The notes under the pieces were generated by a model that saw only the letters and a program-made list of their open reading frames with translations, was not told the DNA's origin and did no database searches. A stretch of 53,202 nucleotides of DNA from Octopus bimaculoides (Eukaryota). Where the stretch lies: positions 17,921,680 to 17,974,881 of the forward strand of contig NC_068999.1 of the NCBI RefSeq assembly GCF_001194135.2, read 5' to 3'. The translations under genes were made by a program, and so were the position numbers. This document shows, piece by piece, positions 25,455 to 38,576 of the stretch (the first letter of the stretch is position 1; each line of letters starts with the position of its first letter).

Positions 25455-26700
25455 GTCTTCAGCTGATATTAACTCCCTTCCACATTTCATTTTAGGTAAG
25501 TATAATCTTGCTACCCTTGCCCTTGTATGGAGTACTCCATTCACTGAATTCCTTCGTAGTTCTTCTGTCTAGCTTTGCTAATTCAGTTTTTGTCCAATGT
25601 ACAAAAGCTGCTGAGTATCTAAGTAATGATACTGCCCAAATATTTACAGCCTTCATTTAGCTTTGACATCATTAGCTTCCTCAGCCTTCTGATGTACTCC
25701 TCAATTTTCGTTTTCATTTCTAAAGTTTGTACTGTCAGATTATACTTATAACTCTCTTCTCATTTCAATGATTTTAATATCTGACCATCTAGTAATTGGG
25801 TGCCTTCGTTTTTGGCTACCTGTGCCCTTCTCGTGACTAATGTTGCACACTTATCTGTGCCAAAGTCCATGCCTATATCTTCGTTGAATTGCCCTACAGT
25901 CTGTATTATGGAATCTGTTTTCTTTGTCATTCTTACTAAGTATCTGATCATCTATGTAAAGCAAATGGTTATTTTTTCCTTGCTATTTCTTAATAGTTAC
26001 CCTGTCGTTGCCTTCCTTAATACTAAACTGAGGGGGATCAATAATAAGATAAATCTTAAAGGGACAACGAGTCCACCTAGAAAATTCCTCTTTTAATATT
26101 ACCTTTTCCTAACACTGTGTCACCTGAGTAGAGACCTACTTAACATTTCTTCATACTTAAGCTAATTAATTCTCTTATGTTGTCTACTATACTGAATATG
26201 CTCAGACATTCACTTATCTATGAGAGAGGGATCATGTCAGAGGATTTCACATAATCTACCAAAGCTATTGTTAAATTTTTCTTTCTAGCTTTTACTTCAT
26301 TTAGAACTGATTTCTCTATGGATAATAAATCACGTTTTCCTTTATCCTTCTTCCTGCAACTCTTATGGATTTCTGGCAGTAAATTCTGGTTGTCAAGGTG
26401 CTCGTAAATGCTTTCTGAAGACATTCCTATTAACAGCTTCCACACTAAAGGTAAAACATGATTGGTCTATAGTTGCTAGCTGTATTTCCCTTGCTCTTAT
26501 CTTTCATAATGAGTATGGACCTCCCTCTAGTCATCCGACCCATAGTATTCCTCCACCAAGGCGATCCTGAAATTGTTCTCTCAGCCTCCTATATGAACTA
26601 CTAAATTTCTGTAGCCAATACCCCTTAGATCTGGCTGCTTTTCACTCACTATTTCTTCACTCATTTTCCTAAAGCATACTGCCTCTCCTTTATGATTGAC
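25455..26700 (-). mobile_element. R4/Dong-like LINE relic spanning the RT domain and thumb
   Basis: WKLL..IYEHLDNQNLLPE..KARKKNL..DY..DMIPLS, RGIF*VDSLS, NHLLYIDD, DIGMDFGTDKCA, WAVSLLRYSA..ARLYLP. Confidence 0.92.
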
Positions 26701-27020
26701 TAGCTTAACCAAAATATTACTCTACAACTTTCTATTACATCATTTGCTGCACCTTTCTGCTGGTGGTGTGGTATGTGCTGCACATTCTTTGCGGGGTGGG
26801 GCTATTGCATTGTATCAGTATGTTTTGTTATGGGGTTTGCTTTCAGTCTTCTGTTGTATTAGTGTTTGTATTGTGTGTTGTTTGTGCAGCGCAGGTTGCG
26901 TTATTTTGTCGGGCATCGATCTCAAATGGCACATGTGGGCTGTGTTAATTTTGTTGAGTATTTACGGTATGAGTTTATTCCTGTATGTTTTTGAAGGAGT
27001 GTTGTATAGTAGTATCTGTA

Positions 27021-27068
<48 letters not shown>
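27021..27068. repeat. (ATT)n microsatellite
   Basis: Read directly from the sequence. Confidence 0.95.
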
Positions 27069-27069
<1 letters not shown>

Positions 27070-27509
27070 GAACCCGAATGTTAATTTCGTTCGTAACATA
27101 TACTGTCAAAGCAACCTGATCAGATTGCAAAGAATGGTTGCCAACAACCAAAATTAGGGAAACAAATGATGCCATCATGTTACCCCCAAGATATTAGTAC
27201 GCGTGAATTCCGAAATAGATTGGCCTTCAAACTGAGTCAAAGAAAGGCAACAATTATCAGAGTAGAAAATNNNNNNNNNNNNNNNNNNNNNNNNNNNNNN
27301 NNNNNNNNNNNNNNNNNNNNNNNNNNNNNNNNNNNNNNNNNNNNNNNNNNNNNNNNNNNNNNNNNNNNNNNNNNNNNNNNNNNNNNNNNNNNNNNNNNNN
27401 NNNNNNNNNNNNNNNNNNNNNNNNNNNNNNNNNNNNNNNNNNNNNNNNNNNNNNNNNNNNNNNNNNNNNNNNNNNNNNNNNNNNNNNNNNNNNNNNNNNN
27501 NNNNNNNNN

Positions 27510-27557
<48 letters not shown>

Positions 27558-28560
27558 TGTGTGTGTGCGGGCCCTTGTGTATATGCTTTTGCATCTGCGT
27601 TTGTACACCAACCCCGCGCTGCTCCCGCTGTTTGTGTGTTTACATACTTGTAATTTAACGGTTCGACAAGAGAGGCAAATAGAATATGAACTAGGTTGTA
27701 AAAATAACGCCTGGCGGTCATTTGTTCTACTAAAACCTTTCAGAACGGTTATCCAGCATGATCGCTGTTAAATGAGTGAAACACGTAATAGATAAAAGAT
27801 GAAAAGACACGAAGCATTTTGAATTCGGACAGAATGAATAAATTGGCAAACGAAAAGATGACGTGGAATCCAATCTGCTCAAGTATAAACGGATGCTCGA
27901 TCTAACGAAGAAACTGCTACGCAGTTGCATGAGTAAATGATAATACAAGTGCTATTTCTTCCAGATCACACCCTGACTCTTTAATAAAGAAAGGTGTATT
28001 AGATGATATATTATTGATACACTATATCTGAAAAATGAAAATGGTTGCTGCTCTTAATTTAGATGCTTTTTAACATAGGTCTGATCAATCATGGCTGAGA
28101 TAAATCTGATCAATACGTACAATAACAAGATAAGGAAATAGAATTTCATAAACCCAAAAGATCGGAAATTTGGCTTCTACAAGGCAACAAGAGTTCTGTA
28201 ACCAACCACGCTTCCTTTTACATTAATTGCACAGATATCTCATAAAAGATATTATTTCTTTTGACATAAAATATAAATTTTATACGAATAGAGATATGGT
28301 AGATTAGTGGGGAAAGTACATCCGATTCATCTACTTTTTACAACAATGGCAAATCTCTGTTTCATTATCAAAACAGTCGAGACTACATGGAGATAATTTG
28401 TATTTAGTATGAAAATATTTCGGGCAAAACTATGTTTCTCATCTACGTTAGATCGTCTTACAACCATGTGATTTGATGTTGCGGCTCAATGCAAGCCATC
28501 TTGAAATAGATTGTTCTGGTATAAAGAAGGGCAACACGATGCATTGAAATTATTTGTATA

Positions 28561-29423
28561 CATGATCTGATCAATAAGTATCCGGACGGTTACCATAGTA
28601 ATGAAGCTAAAGTAAGCTGAGTAAAGCCGCTTCACACATATTGATCTTAAACTCCGCTGTCCTCGCACACTAAGTTTTAACATTGTAGGCCATTTCCGTT
28701 GTTTACAGCAATGTTTCGGAGGAAGGTGTGTAGCGTGTAATAGTCGCATTGAACATGAAAGAGAAATGTGAGCAGAGAATCTGCATCAAATCTTGTCAAA
28801 AGACTGGTGATACCTGCTCAGAGGCCTACGCAAAGTTTTCATCGTTCTCGACACAATCAAGGAGATTTTGTGCAATTGGAGTGTCTTTTCGGACAGCTGA
28901 AAACCTTTTAGACGCAAACTTAGCAGACACGCGCCTTATGCCGAGATCTTCAGTGATAGTGGATTGAACCGAACCATAACTAATCTGCACATCCTCTGAT
29001 AACTCACGGATGGGGATTTGACAATCTCCCTTTAGAGCTGCTCGCATATCTGCGAAGTTTTTCTCAATTTGCTGGTTGCGTGTCTCCCAGAATGTTCGAC
29101 GATATCCACATTTTTTCGGCCACTTTCAAAACGTCCGAACAACTCGTACTCATGGATGCAGCACATACACACTTGTCTATAAATTTTCTGCAACTTTGCG
29201 TAGGACACTTATCAGGTATCACCATGACAACTCACGGCCAATGCGACGATCACACGCTACACACCTTCCTCCCAAGCACTGCTGTAGATAGCTAAAATGA
29301 CCTGGAACGTTAAAACTTAGTGCGCAACAGAATTTCATGTCAGTCTTTGCCAAGCGGCTTTAATGTAGGTGCTTGAGCTTCGTTACTATGGTAACAGTGC
29401 GGATACTTATTGATCGGATCATG
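28561..29423. mobile_element. Complete 863-bp symmetric non-autonomous mariner derivative, copy 2 (two 5' ends, TA TSD)
   Basis: TA at 28559-60 and 29424-25; outer 48 bp of the arms are 44/48 identical. Plus strand encodes MKEKCEQRICIKSCQKTGDTCSEAYAK; minus strand encodes IRELSEDVQISYGSVQSTITEDLGIRRVSAKF..ENDENF. Confidence 0.92.
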
Positions 29424-29513
29424 TATTTGATAAATGGAAACAGTACATGAGCTGTCTTATATATGTGTGTGTGTGTTTGTATGTGCGTGTGAGTATGGAC
29501 GTGTACGTGTGTG

Positions 29514-29556
<43 letters not shown>

Positions 29557-29829
29557 GTGTGTGCGCGTGTGTTTCTGCCTGCGTGTGTATGTATATATAT
29601 ACATATAGGCGAAATTCTGGTTTAAGCAACCCCATATAATCCTCTGTAAATGTTTACTATTTTTTTTTAATTCTCAGTTAACTTCTGTGTATTTGTTCTA
29701 CCCACGGGGATTCATAAGATTATGTCAAAACAAATTTCTTTAAAGCTTTCTGAGCCCTTCACTAAATTTGAAACTTCCACTCTTTTTCAATTCTTTTTAG
29801 AAATCAGAGTTTAAAATACAGACGGTCCT

Positions 29830-30245
29830 AAAAAACTGAGCAATTATTAAGATCTTGAAATAGAAATTCGCAAAATGTGGAACCTCAAGACTAAAACAAT
29901 GCCTGTTGTCATAGGTGCATTATAAATAATAGCAGAAGGTGCTGATTCCTAACTAGTTTTGATATCAGGAAACCTCAAGATGGCAGAAATTCAAAAGACA
30001 ATGCTCAGGAAAACTGCCCATATCCTATGTAAAATGCTGTCGATGTGATATAAAAAGAAATCAAAGCAAACTCATAATGCTCTTATGTGTTCTTAAACAT
30101 TCTCTAGAACAATACTATGTGCAAAACCAAGTATGTGACACGAGAGGCATAAGACCAACTTGAACTTTTAACTTGTTGTCTCTTGAGGTCTCTAGGTGTG
30201 ACTTTAAGGCAACTTGTACAAATACAAAGCAAAGGTCAAACAATA

Positions 30246-30316
<71 letters not shown>
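29830..30316 (+). mobile_element. R4/Dong-like LINE 3' end A (RLE C-terminus, 3' UTR, (AAT)n tail)
   Basis: KLSNY-DLEIEIRKMWNLKTKTMPVVIGAL..AEIQK..TAHILCKMLSM, stop at 30046-48; AAT tail 30241-30316. Confidence 0.88.
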
Positions 30317-31082
30317 CGCAAGACCAAGCTTGGGCCACGAACTGGAGGGATAACCTTAGGAATTAGCCAGTGTATCCGCTGTGCACCATAAGCAATAGAG
30401 AAAATGAAACTATTGCGCATATCACTAACGAATACACTACACTTGCCCCAAACCATTAGGAGTTGTGGCGACACGACCAGGTATCAAAAGTACTACACTG
30501 GAAACTGTGCGAAAAGTTGTGTGTAGAGAGAGGCAAGATGTGGTATGAGTACAAATCCCAGAGTGACGGAGTCGGAGACGAGGAAAATCCTTTGGGATTT
30601 CACAATCCAAACACATCAGATGCTACATCATAACAGTGGTGGTAAATAAGGTGCAACGTATATTCTATATAGTTGATGTTACATGCCCCTTTGACGCACG
30701 ATTAGTCAAGAAGGAAAGCGAAAACATAGATACAACCAACTGAAGTACAAAATAACCCAGCTATGGAAATTTAAGGAGGTGTAGACGGTGCTAATTATTG
30801 CCGTGTCCTTGGGAACAGTTTCAGAAGACATTAAGAGGAATATAAATGAAAATCGAATAAAGTGCTCAGTAGAACTGTTACAAATCTTGCGCCTCCTTGG
30901 TACGGCCAAAATATTCAGGAGAGTATTAGACAGCTGAAAAGAACGAACGGTGGGCTGCAAGTAGTGAGCCTGCTGAGCATGCAAGACCTCAGGAGCGCCA
31001 AGAAACCGTATTAATAACAATGATAATAACAAAAACGACGACGACGACAACAACAACAACGACAACAACAATAATAATAATA
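30317..31082 (+). mobile_element. R4/Dong-like LINE 3' end B (Zn-knuckle region, RLE, 3' UTR, trinucleotide tail)
   Basis: QDQAWATNW..ETIAHIT..WRHDQVSKVLHWKLCEK..KILWDFTIQT..VDVTCPFD..LLGTAKIFRRVL, stop at 30935-37; tail 31012-31082. Confidence 0.9.
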
Positions 31083-32134
31083 GTTGGTGTTCCTTAATGC
31101 ATTCTTTCGATATGGTACTTCATTTCATCCGCTATTGAAGGATGGAATACAAATTTGATCCTTGCGACTTCGAAATCGTATCAGAACGACACAAGTTTCT
31201 TTAAAGGTCATACTTGCCTGTAATAATACTAAGTACATAGGGAATGTTTTACTATTATATTTTACAGCAGAAAAAAGAAATGTAATATATTCCAGCATTA
31301 GAACATCGAAATGTGGATACCCCCATTTAGTAGATTACTGTATTTTGTACAGAATACACTCAGTTTACCATCATAAACTTAGAACTAAACACACACATAG
31401 ACATAGCTATACCCTCTCTTTCTCTCAAGCATACACATTCACACAAGCACGCGCACAGACATCAATACAGAAATGCAAGAAAAAGAGCTCAGCAACAATT
31501 CAATGTATTATATTTTACAGAAAACATTCATTTCCTAGTCATATTGGTTAACAGCACAGAAAGCAAATTAAGATGATGAGAAAAAAAATTCCTTCTCCGA
31601 AAGAAAATACAAAGAGCAGAAACAGTTATAAAGGTATGCAACATTGATATGGTCTTTCATTATCTTATTTATCCGCTTATTTTTTTCCCGATATATATGG
31701 AAAATTCAAAAGAATATTTAAACAAAATGCATTTTTCATATCTATACTGAGGATTTTGACCTCAACGGATGCAACAAAGATTTTACTTCGCAAATAAAAC
31801 ATGTTATATACACAGTACAGCGAAAAGATACTTAACATAAGTTGTTATATCGATGTTACTCAAGAGCTAAAAAGATACGCTATAGAAACATATGTTCCAT
31901 TAGGAGACCAACAGTGTTTTATTTCTGTTCTGAAAACAACACACTCAAGTACACACGCACACAAACTCACACACACACACACACACACACTTATACAGAC
32001 ATAGACAAACGTATATAAATATGTAAAGATATAGGCACATATGTATGCACATGCGTATGCGTATATTTATTGATATATATGCTTACATACATTTGTATGA
32101 GTATACTACACACAGACAAACATGCACTCATGCA

Positions 32135-32171
<37 letters not shown>

Positions 32172-32523
32172 TTTTTATCTTTAGATTATATAAACATTGC
32201 ACAAAAATACATCAGTGGATCAACTCACAAACAAAATACAGAGCGAACTGCGTAGGTCATAATATTTAAACAAAAGGCAACATACATGCCAACACATGCC
32301 AACACAAGCCGTATGAAAACACAGACACGCAGTATGCACAGACAAGTAATTTCGGGTGCAGGCACACACCCACATATACACGTAGGTCTGTGTATTTCTG
32401 TATGTATGTATATGTGTATGCGTGTGTGCACGTGTGTGTACTATATGTATAAGATATAGAGAAAAAACACATACTAGTATCTAATTATATGCTCATACAT
32501 ACACATACACACACACACATACA

Positions 32524-32607
<84 letters not shown>

Positions 32608-35591
32608 NNNNNNNNNNNNNNNNNNNNNNNNNNNNNNNNNNNNNNNNNNNNNNNNNNNNNNNNNNNNNNNNNNNNNNNNNNNNNNNNNNNNNNNNNNNNN
32701 NNNNNNNNNNNNNNNNNNNNNNNNNNNNNNNNNNNNNNNNNNNNNNNNNNNNNNNNNNNNNNNNNNNNNNNNNNNNNNNNNNNNNNNNNNNNNNNNNNNN
32801 NNNNNNNNNNNNNNNNNNNNNNNNNNNNNNNNNNNNNNNNNNNNNNNNNNNNNNNNNNNNNNNNNNNNNNNNNNNNNNNNNNNNNNNNNNNNNNNNNNNN
32901 NNNNNNNNNNNNNNNNNNNNNNNNNNNNNNNNNNNNNNNNNNNNNNNNNNNNNNNNNNNNNNNNNNNNNNNNNNNNNNNNNNNNNNNNNNNNNNNNNNNN
33001 NNNNNNNNNNNNNNNNNNNNNNNNNNNNNNNNNNNNNNNNNNNNNNNNNNNNNNNNNNNNNNNNNNNNNNNNNNNNNNNNNNNNNNNNNNNNNNNNNNNN
33101 NNNNNNNNNNNNNNNNNNNNNNNNNNNNNNNNNNNNNNNNNNNNNNNNNNNNNNNNNNNNNNNNNNNNNNNNNNNNNNNNNNNNNNNNNNNNNNNNNNNN
33201 NNNNNNNNNNNNNNNNNNNNNNNNNNNNNNNNNNNNNNNNNNNNNNNNNNNNNNNNNNNNNNNNNNNNNNNNNNNNNNNNNNNNNNNNNNNNNNNNNNNN
33301 NNNNNNNNNNNNNNNNNNNNNNNNNNNNNNNNNNNNNNNNNNNNNNNNNNNNNNNNNNNNNNNNNNNNNNNNNNNNNNNNNNNNNNNNNNNNNNNNNNNN
33401 NNNNNNNNNNNNNNNNNNNNNNNNNNNNNNNNNNNNNNNNNNNNNNNNNNNNNNNNNNNNNNNNNNNNNNNNNNNNNNNNNNNNNNNNNNNNNNNNNNNN
33501 NNNNNNNNNNNNNNNNNNNNNNNNNNNNNNNNNNNNNNNNNNNNNNNNNNNNNNNNNNNNNNNNNNNNNNNNNATATATTATAACCTTATGGACTAGATT
33601 GGCATCATGTATATATATACATATATGTGTCTCTCTTTATATATTTGCAAAGTATAGTTATTTTATGGATTGCTTAAGTTCATACTGATATGCACACCTG
33701 AAGGATGTTTCGGGAATATGTATAGAATTTTCAGTGATAAATTATCTTTTTAAAAACTCAGAACAATCTATAGATGTTTCAGGGATTTCTGAATTTGCAT
33801 AAGGTAACACGTACTTGGATATATTGTAAATCTATGAAAATTTCGTTACATTCTCTTTCTTTGTACACGTAGTTTTCAACCCCTGCACGTTTGAACGTGT
33901 TATATTATGCATATATGTCTCAGGATTCATCATAATCGTGGCAATGTGCGTTTATGAATTTATATATGTGCATGCCTGCGGATGCTCGTTTGTGTATGAA
34001 AACCATGTTCTCTCAATCTGGGATGGTATTTGTGTGTGTCTATGACAGTGTTCTCGTTCTCTCCATTTTATCTCTCCATCTCCTCATCACGCTTTCTATA
34101 AGCGAGTTTCTGCTGGTTATACACGGAGAACTCTTCACCTACTCCAACATGATATAAATGTGAAGTATTACGTTTGTGTTACGGTCATGACTAATATATC
34201 GTCTTCTGTGACAAACTATTTGCATACATATTACGACGTTTACATGCAACATCCACCGATTCAGAACATAGAGGCAGGCGTTCTAGCAGTCAAGAGAAGA
34301 ATAAAAAATAATAATGATAAGTTTCTCATTTATATTTTTGATCTTTAATAATCTGTTTTAAAGAGCGACAGATTTCTAAACTTACGTACCGTTTACTTCT
34401 GGTTAATGGCCGTTTGAAGTTGTGAGTGTGTTGCTACTACTCTTTCCAAGTTCTAATCGCTTCTCTGATGAAAGGTGTGTCGAATTCTTTTTCCAGCTCC
34501 ATCCATTGTTTTTGTTGATTGTAAGAGAAGCTTACGTTTGTTTTCTGTCCGAGTGAAACAAGATACATCGCATTTAATTACACTTAGGTAAATAGCTAAA
34601 ACCTTTTATATTGACCACAATTCCGATTGAAAAGTTCACCGCCTCTGTTTCTGGAAATTATTTCTTTCGTATACACACGGCATTCATTGAGACGAGATAC
34701 AATAAACATGTGAAACATTTCTCGTCTTCAGCCTTCATATATTCTCAGTTTTACACAATGGCGATCAAAGTCGAAATATCATACCAATATGATATGATCC
34801 TCTAATTCACGAGACGTATATAGTGCGTTGAATTCAAATGGGCAAGTGTTTGGAATAACAGCTCCATCAAACTTAACAGATGTTTTTTCCCCTAGAAAAA
34901 CATAACCACAGAATGGTTTCTGACTTGTTTCTGGTTACCTCCATGTCATCGTACAAGTAAATATGTCAATTCACTTTTCAATTTTAGTCAACGTGAGTTA
35001 TATTGCATTAATACTCACCCTTTCCAGTACAAATACGTCTACTTATACTTTTTTGAGTTGTTTCAAGCAGAGTTACTTCTAATGTAATACAGCAATAACA
35101 AAATCGGAATTAAGTTACTTCTGATCTGTCTCTGTATTTTCTTATTCAAATGAATGTAACTCAAACTATTCTCCTGCCTTCCGTTGTAAAATACGAAAGA
35201 GCGAAAATTGTGAGTTTTTGCTTAAGGCTTTCTGAGTCTGTTCGATATTTTTCATAGTCTGATTTTGTAATTATATTTGAAATTAATTGAAAGATGTGTT
35301 TATTAACATTATCAAGGCTATTTAATAGTGTTAGACAGCTGAGAGGTACGGAGGTTATTTTTTAAGACGAAAAGCAATTTAAATGCCTATTTGCACAAAC
35401 ATATGCAGTTAAGCATCTACAGATAAAACTTTCCTCTGCAGCATGTAATGTAAAAGAAACAGAAATTATCTGAAGAAACTTCCGTTAGTAAAAGTAGTAA
35501 ACACCCATTTAAATTCAGAGGCAACATGTTGATAAATCATTTAATCACAGTGATGTCCCGAAACGCCGTTCACATTAGTAGTAAATGAAAA

Positions 35592-35598
35592 TGATGGC

Positions 35599-35646
<48 letters not shown>

Positions 35647-35655
35647 AAAGATGAT
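35592..35655. repeat. (GAT)n microsatellite
   Basis: Read directly; explains the poly-Met in ORF 35585. Confidence 0.95.
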
Positions 35656-35679
35656 GTTAATTTTCCCATGTTCTTACAA

Positions 35680-35811
35680 ATCAGTATGCCGAAATGGAGA
35701 ACTTATATTATCATCAGATCAAGATAAGTCAGGTGAAATCATCCTAAGTCGGGGAATATTCCAAGATTATATACTCTCACCACTGTTATTCGTGTTTACT
35801 CTTATACCACT

Positions 35812-35875
<64 letters not shown>

Positions 35876-36480
35876 AGGGAGGCAGCGGGGAGTTTAAAAC
35901 ATGCTAAGAATATAGCAGTAGTGAGAAGATGCATATATAGACGACCTGAAATTATTTGCCAAAGGCAAGAATGCTTTAGCATCACTGGTTAAGACTGTTA
36001 GAGTTATGAGGGATGACATTGGCATGGGTTTAGGAATAGATAAATGTGAAATGTTAGTGATAATGTGGGAGAAAACACCCAAGTCTGAAAGAATTAAACT
36101 CCGAAATGGAAAATCTGTGCGATCAATGGATGAGGGTGACCGTTCTGTGTACTTATGTGTATTGGAGGCATATAGAATCGTCTGCTAAGAAATGAAATAA
36201 AAGGTAAGAAACGAATATGTCAGGAGAGTATAAATGGTGCCAGGCTCAAAATTTGATGGAGATAAAAGCATCTCTGCAGTCAAAACATGGGCAGTCATTC
36301 GAATACGATATTCTGTTGCTTTCCGGAAATTAACTAAGGAAGAACTAAGAGACCCACCTTGAAAGATCACAATGATATTGTGCGTGCAAGTCTAATCTTA
36401 CCACGTGTAAGTCTTTGTCTTATTATCATAGATGGTGAGAATATTACTGCTCTGTTGCTAGTATTGCAAAGTTCCTTAAT
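35680..36480 (+). mobile_element. R4/Dong-like LINE RT/thumb relic interrupted by (GA)n at 35817-35880
   Basis: RGIFQDYILSPLLFVFTLIPLT, YIDDLKLFAK..DDIGMGLGIDKC, YLCVLEA, TWAVIRIRYS, LILPRV. Confidence 0.9.
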
Positions 36481-37041
36481 GATTTTGCCGTTGTTTTGGA
36501 TGACACTAAATGCATTCATAGATGGGAGAATTTGTTGATTCTCCTGGTTCAATCCTCACCTCTGCAGATTTATTCAATGATTCATTTATTCTCTGTGGTA
36601 ATGCCTTAAATTCGGCAATCTCAATGACTTGTTTTTGCAGTAATTGTTTATTTATTTTGTTGTTGTTTTAAGCTTTCTAAGTAGAAAGCTCTTAAATAAT
36701 TGTTGCTGTCACAAACGCTGAAATCGAGTCGGCTGTCTCTTAAATACGTCGCAGTCATTAAATTTTATGTAGTTCCACGGATCCCGGAGTAACAGCTAGT
36801 TATTGGTGATCTCACACGACCACATTTTGCCAAATGGTTTGCTTTCCCCATTAATTCTTGATACCTGCAAACAATTTGAAAGACCATTATTGTTTTTAAG
36901 TCATCAAGCAGGCAGAATCGTCAGTACAACGTACAAAACGCTTAGTGACACAATTAACGCTTTACCATTTACCATATCCTCTAGATGGTGCCTGTACTAC
37001 TTAAGCATTCCAGTGTATGCACTCCCCTACTGAGTTAATCA

Positions 37042-37044
<3 letters not shown>

Positions 37045-37118
<74 letters not shown>

Positions 37119-37473
37119 GTTATTATTATTACTATTATTATCATTATTGTTGTTGTTTTTTCTTCCATTTCTCGCCGAGTGTTTTCCGTACACCTAGGTC
37201 AGAGGAACTCGTTGTATGCATTCCCAGTTTACACACGCAAATTCACAGGTAAAACATGTATTTAAGGCACCTAGTATGATAGGAATTGTTTCTGTTTTTA
37301 GATTCCACATTCGAGTTACCTCTATGTCCAGGTCTTTGTAATTTGAAAACTTTTCGATTTCTTTTAGGGAAACGTTGTCATTTGCTGGTATTGAAACATC
37401 AATTAGAAAGCATTTTTTCCTTCATGATCTTTGACAACTATATCTGGCATATTGGCCTTAATTTCTCTATCTA
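37045..37473 (-). mobile_element. 5'-truncated R4/Dong-like LINE 3' end with (AAT)n tail
   Basis: Minus strand DREIKANMPDIVVKDHE..FLIDVSIPANDNVSLKEIEKFSNYKDLDIEVTRMWNLKTETIPIILGAL; tail 37045-37155. Confidence 0.9.
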
Positions 37474-37547
37474 TTTAAGCTTTCTGAGTAGAAAGCTCTT
37501 AAATAATTGGTGCTGCCATAAACGCTGAAACCGAGTCAGCTGTCTCC

Positions 37548-37588
<41 letters not shown>
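37548..37588. repeat. (ATT)n microsatellite
   Basis: Read directly from the sequence. Confidence 0.95.
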
Positions 37589-37589
<1 letters not shown>

Positions 37590-38127
37590 TTGTTGTAGTG
37601 ATAGTAGTTACTTCCGTTTCTGTTTTTGTTTATTTCTTCCTCATTTTCCCCTCTATATCATTAATTATTCGAACAATTTTTTTGTTATTATGCGTTTGAC
37701 CTCATTATCATTTAACAGATGTACTGCTATGTAGATTTGTTAATATTCAAGATACTTATCGTTACTTGTTTCTGAATTCCGAATATGTATCACATATTTC
37801 TCGACGTTATTTATTCTAATGTTCTTGAAATCGATTTTGTTTTAATTATTTATATATTATTTATGTCGTTTTATTTTTTGGTATTTCTATATTACTATAT
37901 TTTATTTTGCAATTTGGGAACACACATTGTTGTCTTCATTTTTACAACAGGCCAATCGCTAAATCATTACACGTTTTCTTTCTGGGTTTTAAGCCAGATC
38001 TGTAAAATATTACGAGAAATATGTTATGCTCCGAGGGCGCATTGTTTGTACAAGTCGGTACATCCATAAATGCATATACATTACGCATAGATACGATACA
38101 TATGATATTTATGTATTTATAGATAAG

Positions 38128-38197
<70 letters not shown>

Positions 38198-38225
38198 ATA
38201 TATACATATATATATATTTTTTTTC

Positions 38226-38276
38226 TCTTCTTGATTCAGTCATTTTGACTGCAGCCATGGTGGGGCACTATCTTTA
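38226..38276 (-). mobile_element. SINE 3' end running into an assembly gap
   Basis: Reverse complement tgccccaccatggctgcagtcaaaatgactgaatcaag; same family end as ~45530-45590. Confidence 0.65.
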
Positions 38277-38499
38277 NNNNNNNNNNNNNNNNNNNNNNNN
38301 NNNNNNNNNNNNNNNNNNNNNNNNNNNNNNNNNNNNNNNNNNNNNNNNNNNNNNNNNNNNNNNNNNNNNNNNNNNNNNNNNNNNNNNNNNNNNNNNNNNN
38401 NNNNNNNNNNNNNNNNNNNNNNNNNNNNNNNNNNNNNNNNNNNNNNNNNNNNNNNNNNNNNNNNNNNNNNNNNNNNNNNNNNNNNNNNNNNNNNNNNNN

Positions 38500-38576
<77 letters not shown>

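Noticed and set aside
26700-27020. N-terminal continuation of the R4/Dong ORF
   Set aside because: Position and composition fit, but no convincing motif is readable.
25330-37546. Similar spacing of the two local duplications (814 and 807 bp) as a shared mechanism
   Set aside because: Only two cases with different junction geometry; treated as coincidence.
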